From: Takakia lepidozioides
Lineage: Eukaryota; Plantae; Bryophyta
Assembly: GCA_030704615.1 (NCBI GenBank)
Contig: CM060733.1
Span: 3,658,001-3,722,000, forward strand
Direction of reading: 5' to 3'
DNA length: 64,000 bases
A model generated the notes under the pieces. The model was not told where the DNA came from and did no database searches. It saw only the letters and a list, made by a program, of their open reading frames with translations. Each line of letters opens with the position of its first letter. Position 1 is the stretch's first letter. Made by a program: the position numbers and the translations under genes. This document shows, piece after piece, positions 60,280-64,000 of this stretch.

Positions 60280-61890
60280 CGGAAGAGGGACTAGGGTAGT
60301 ACAATAAGGTTTGGGGTGTAACTAGAGAGAAGTGTAATAAGGTTTGGGTTTACAGTAAGGGTAAGAGTTTAGGGTTTGGATTTCGGGTACAAAAAGACAA
60401 ACAAATATGATGGACTCACACTCGATAGAATTAAGAAATGGTTGAGGAATTTGATATCCCTGTAATCATGCTATCATACCTTATCCAACAAAAGAAAATA
60501 TTAAAAGAGCATGAAACATTGAGAAGATGTAACGTGGTAGTACAATAAGATTTGGAGCGTAACTAGGGTAGTACACTAAAGTTATTGGTTAATGGTAAGA
60601 TTAATGGTTTAGGGGTGATGATAAAGGTAGGGTTTTCGGTTTGGATTTAAGAACACTATTGGACAAACAAATATGTAAGACTCACAGTCGCTAGAACTTG
60701 GTGTGTGTTAGAAGGATAAAAAATAAAATAAAAAATGGATAAACAAATATTATGGAAGAGTCATTGGGCCGGAGAAGTATTTAGATTGAGGATTCGTCCT
60801 TGGAACCTGGTATTAAGATACATATGGTTATGGTATGGATACTTCATTCCCATTTGCAAGGGAAGGGTAAGGGTTTAGACGTAACAATGGCGTAGGGTTT
60901 TGTTTAGGGTTCCCGACGAGGGTTTAGGATTTGGGTTGAAGGCAGAAATGGTGAGCATACATGCCGGAAGACTTGCACTCGCTACAACTTAGTGTTGTTA
61001 GTAAGGTAGTACTAAGCAAAATAAAAATGAAGAACCTAATATTATGGAAGTGTAGTCATTGCATCGGTATTTAAATGAAAGACTCGTCCTTGGAACCTGG
61101 TATTAAGATACATAGAAAGCAAAGTTCGATAAAAAAAAGGTAAGTGCATGTCAATCCAAACCAAAGGCAAAACCTTGCGCAAGGTGAAGGGCGAAGAGAT
61201 TTGAATAACCATAAATAGTTATGGTTATGGTATAGATACTTCATTCCCAGTTGTTGCAAGGGAAGGGTAAGGGTTTAGACGTAACAATGGCGTAGGGTTT
61301 TCCTTAGGGTTTTCGACGAGGGTTTAGGGCCTGGGTTGAAGGCAGAAATGGTGAGCATATATGTCGGAAGACTCGCACTCGCTACAACTTAGTGTGTGTT
61401 AGTATGGTACAAAATGGAAATTTGGTTACATTGAAGAGATTTGGATAACCAAAATGGTTATAATTATGGTATGGATAGTTGATTCCCATTTGCAAAGGGA
61501 AGGGAAGAGGTTCTGGGGTATTGGGTTAAGGGTAAATGTTTAGGGTTTTCTAGTAAGGGTTTAGGGTAAGGGTTTAGGGTTTCTGTTGAAGTTACAAAAT
61601 AGACAAACACTAAGTCTTATGGAAAACTCCAAACTTCACTAGAACTTAGTATTGTTAGTAGGATACTAGTAAGCAAAAAATAAATAAAGAACCTAATATT
61701 ATGGACAAGTATTTAAATGAAAGACTCGTCGTTGGAACCTGGACCTAGTATTAAGATGTAACATAGAAAGCAAACTGTAACATGCCTAAATGCATGTCAA
61801 TCCAAAACAAAGAAAAAAGCTAGCGCAAATGTGAAGGGAGAAGACATTTCAATAACCATAATGGTTATGGTTATGGTTATGGTATGAATA
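60280..61890. repeat. Diverged direct repeats rich in (T)TAGGGTTT
   Basis: 60795-61005 is repeated at about 61083-61405, and 61070-61235 at about 61708-61885. Many AGGGTTT motifs. Confidence 0.75.
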
Positions 61891-62592
61891 GATTTGGAAA
61901 GAAAATGACGTTATATAACGACTTTTGGGAAGCGCCTGGATCTCATGGGAGAAAATGGATCTGAAGAAAACATGAGAGAGGATAAAAAGTCAGACCACCA
62001 AATAAAAACTATGAGAAATAAAAATTGCTTAAAATTTGAACAACGGAAAAGGACATGTGAAATTCCCTCTTAAACCAAGGCCAAAGATGAGAAGTATGAA
62101 AATGAAATGAAATGAAAATTTGGTGCAGAAAGTTGTAGAGCTTAGAGGAAAAATGGAGGAAAACCTCATAGAAAAAATTTGAGGACTGGCAAATTGAAAA
62201 ATTGTATGTCAACAACGATTGAGTAAGGCTCCTCCTAGTGGGAGACTTCAGTGGGAGAATTGGTTATGCGAACAGCAAGTCCAATGTTTCAGAGAATGAC
62301 TGGAAATGGGCTATTTTCTTCCGTTGTTAAAAACCTCTTTGACCGAATTTGAAGACTCCAGTGGTCGTGCCCGCCCATTTTGTTCTTGTGATCTATATGT
62401 TATGTAGGCGAAACTCCCCCACAGGGTCATCTTTGTTGACCAGGACGTACAGCAGGCCAACATCCAGCAAACCAGAAACAAAGGACAAGAACGTCCACTG
62501 GACATTCGAGGTTCAGTGCGACATAAGAAGATAACAAAAATGATTCCCCAACGCAAACAAGAAGGGCCATATCGAGAAGAAAAATTTCTTTC

Positions 62593-64000
62593 TTAAATCG
62601 AAGTACTGGAGTTGACCTCAATAATATGTCCTTGGTCTGGAACTCGTTCGCACGACTCGTTTTCTGACTGACGATTAGCCTCCTCCAAATTAGCGCGCGT
62701 CTTCACTGCTTCGGCGGCAGTAATTCTCTTAGTGCTATTCCTTGTCGTATTTTTTCGTGGAGGCATTGTCCACACAACATTGTTCACGTGGATCCATTGA
62801 GGAGGATCTGACGAGTTATACTCCCAAAGTTTTGACCAACAGTCCCTGTACCTTTCCAAGTCTGTTGGGTTACCACATTTTCTCGGTCTCCACCACTTCA
62901 CCTTCACCTTCTTAAAATTAGGATCCTCCCTTTCGCTGATCACGTCAGATATTGCCACCCCCATCCAGACCGGGCACGTACTTGGGTCATAAGGGCTAAC
63001 GAGCACAAAAAACCCTTTCTCAATATCCTTGAATGGATTCAGGGATATTCTTGGTCGCTCACACCTCGGGCCACAGTAAGGTTCTAGGATTTCATCCTCT
63101 TCTTCCACATCTGGCAATATATGTGGATGGATTCCATCTCTGTGATGATTCTTGGACCAATTTGTTTTCGGCCATAATCCCTCAAGAAGCTGAATACGGT
63201 CGGGAGCTTCTAGAATTGGCTTATCCAGCTCGGCGAGAATGTTTCCCCAGTACTGGTCGTATTGTTCCATTCGAGCTCTGTAATGATCGTCAAGCATCAT
63301 TCCTTTCGTCCAAAAATCCCTGTATTTTTTTATTCCATTCTTAATGAATGACTGTTTTTCGGAGGAGTCGTCCCCGACTCCCCAGATAGGTCTCCTTGGA
63401 ACGGCGTCTGGGTCTCCTTCAGGGAGCTTCGGAGTCCCGTCAGGATTGGACTTCCACATCTTCACGCTATTGTTTGTTGGAAGCCAATCCGAATCAGTAG
63501 CAGACTTCTTGTACTTCATGACGGGCCAGCCCTCCGCATCCTCAAAAAACTGGAAGACGTGCATCTCCGAAATCTTGACCAACGCCTCCTTTCCATCCAA
63601 AATACAGCCCTTGACAAAATTCTTGAAGTTGGGAACCTCCTGAATAATCTGTGGAATGAACTGCAGATCTTGCGAGGTCATAAAAGACCTCATCAAATTA
63701 GAAAGAATGTAGGTGCTCGTTCCTTCAGCTTCTTCGATAGGTAGCTGAAGAACCCGTCGATGTCCTCATGGGTGTGTCCGACCATTAAGAACCCTAGCTA
63801 GATTTCTTCATAAACATCTTTGGCGGTCAGGAGGGATAGAAAAACAAGCATCCATCTGTTCTTATTGTCATTCGCAGAGTTGTCCATTTGCAAGTACAGT
63901 CTTCTCGGAAGTGGACGAGCACCACGTTTGTCTTCCGGCTTGCAGGGTTTAAGAGCATCCAAACATCTCGATTTACCTCTTAAAAGTGATTCGAAAAACT
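62593..64000 (-). mobile_element. Sola-like (DUF7869-type) DNA transposase pseudogene, continuing beyond the window
   Basis: Minus strand PRRLYLQMDNSANDNKN...EI*LGFLMVGHTHEDIDGFFS, then a frameshift into the 367-aa ORF 63696-62593. Confidence 0.7.

Noticed and set aside
60280-61600. Interstitial telomere
   Set aside because: TTTAGGG units are scattered within larger repeats rather than forming a tandem array.

Overview
Eukaryotic nuclear DNA, most likely from a seed-free land plant (bryophyte, lycophyte or fern). Evidence: an intact 16-exon epsilon-tubulin gene (flagellated sperm), many PLS-class PPR RNA-editing genes, and plant transposons. The main signal is a family of PLS-PPR/E/DYW genes whose N-terminus carries one or more PDF motifs, the ssDNA-binding module of plant organellar OSB proteins. 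One copy appears intact (about 52548-55660; the PDF exons splice in frame onto a 14-PPR E-DYW ORF). A neighbouring 17-PPR paralog has a single CAA>TAA stop just before the HSE deaminase motif. About 25 kb of scrambled PDF/PPR/DYW relics lie upstream. Other contents: a frameshifted 4.5-kb LINE with a 15-bp TSD, RTE-like LINE 3' fragments in tubulin introns, a Dualen/RandI-like LINE relic (chromo, PCIF1-like MTase, RNase H, CCHC, RLE), a T7 gp2.5-like SSB ORF next to a Helitron-like CTAG end and a tRNA-Asn gene, tRNA-type SINEs, a KDM3/IBM1-like JmjC pseudogene, an NDB-type NADH dehydrogenase relic, a DUF538 gene, a non-autonomous hAT element, and CACTA and Sola-like transposase relics. All family assignments are by-eye motif recognition; no searches were run.
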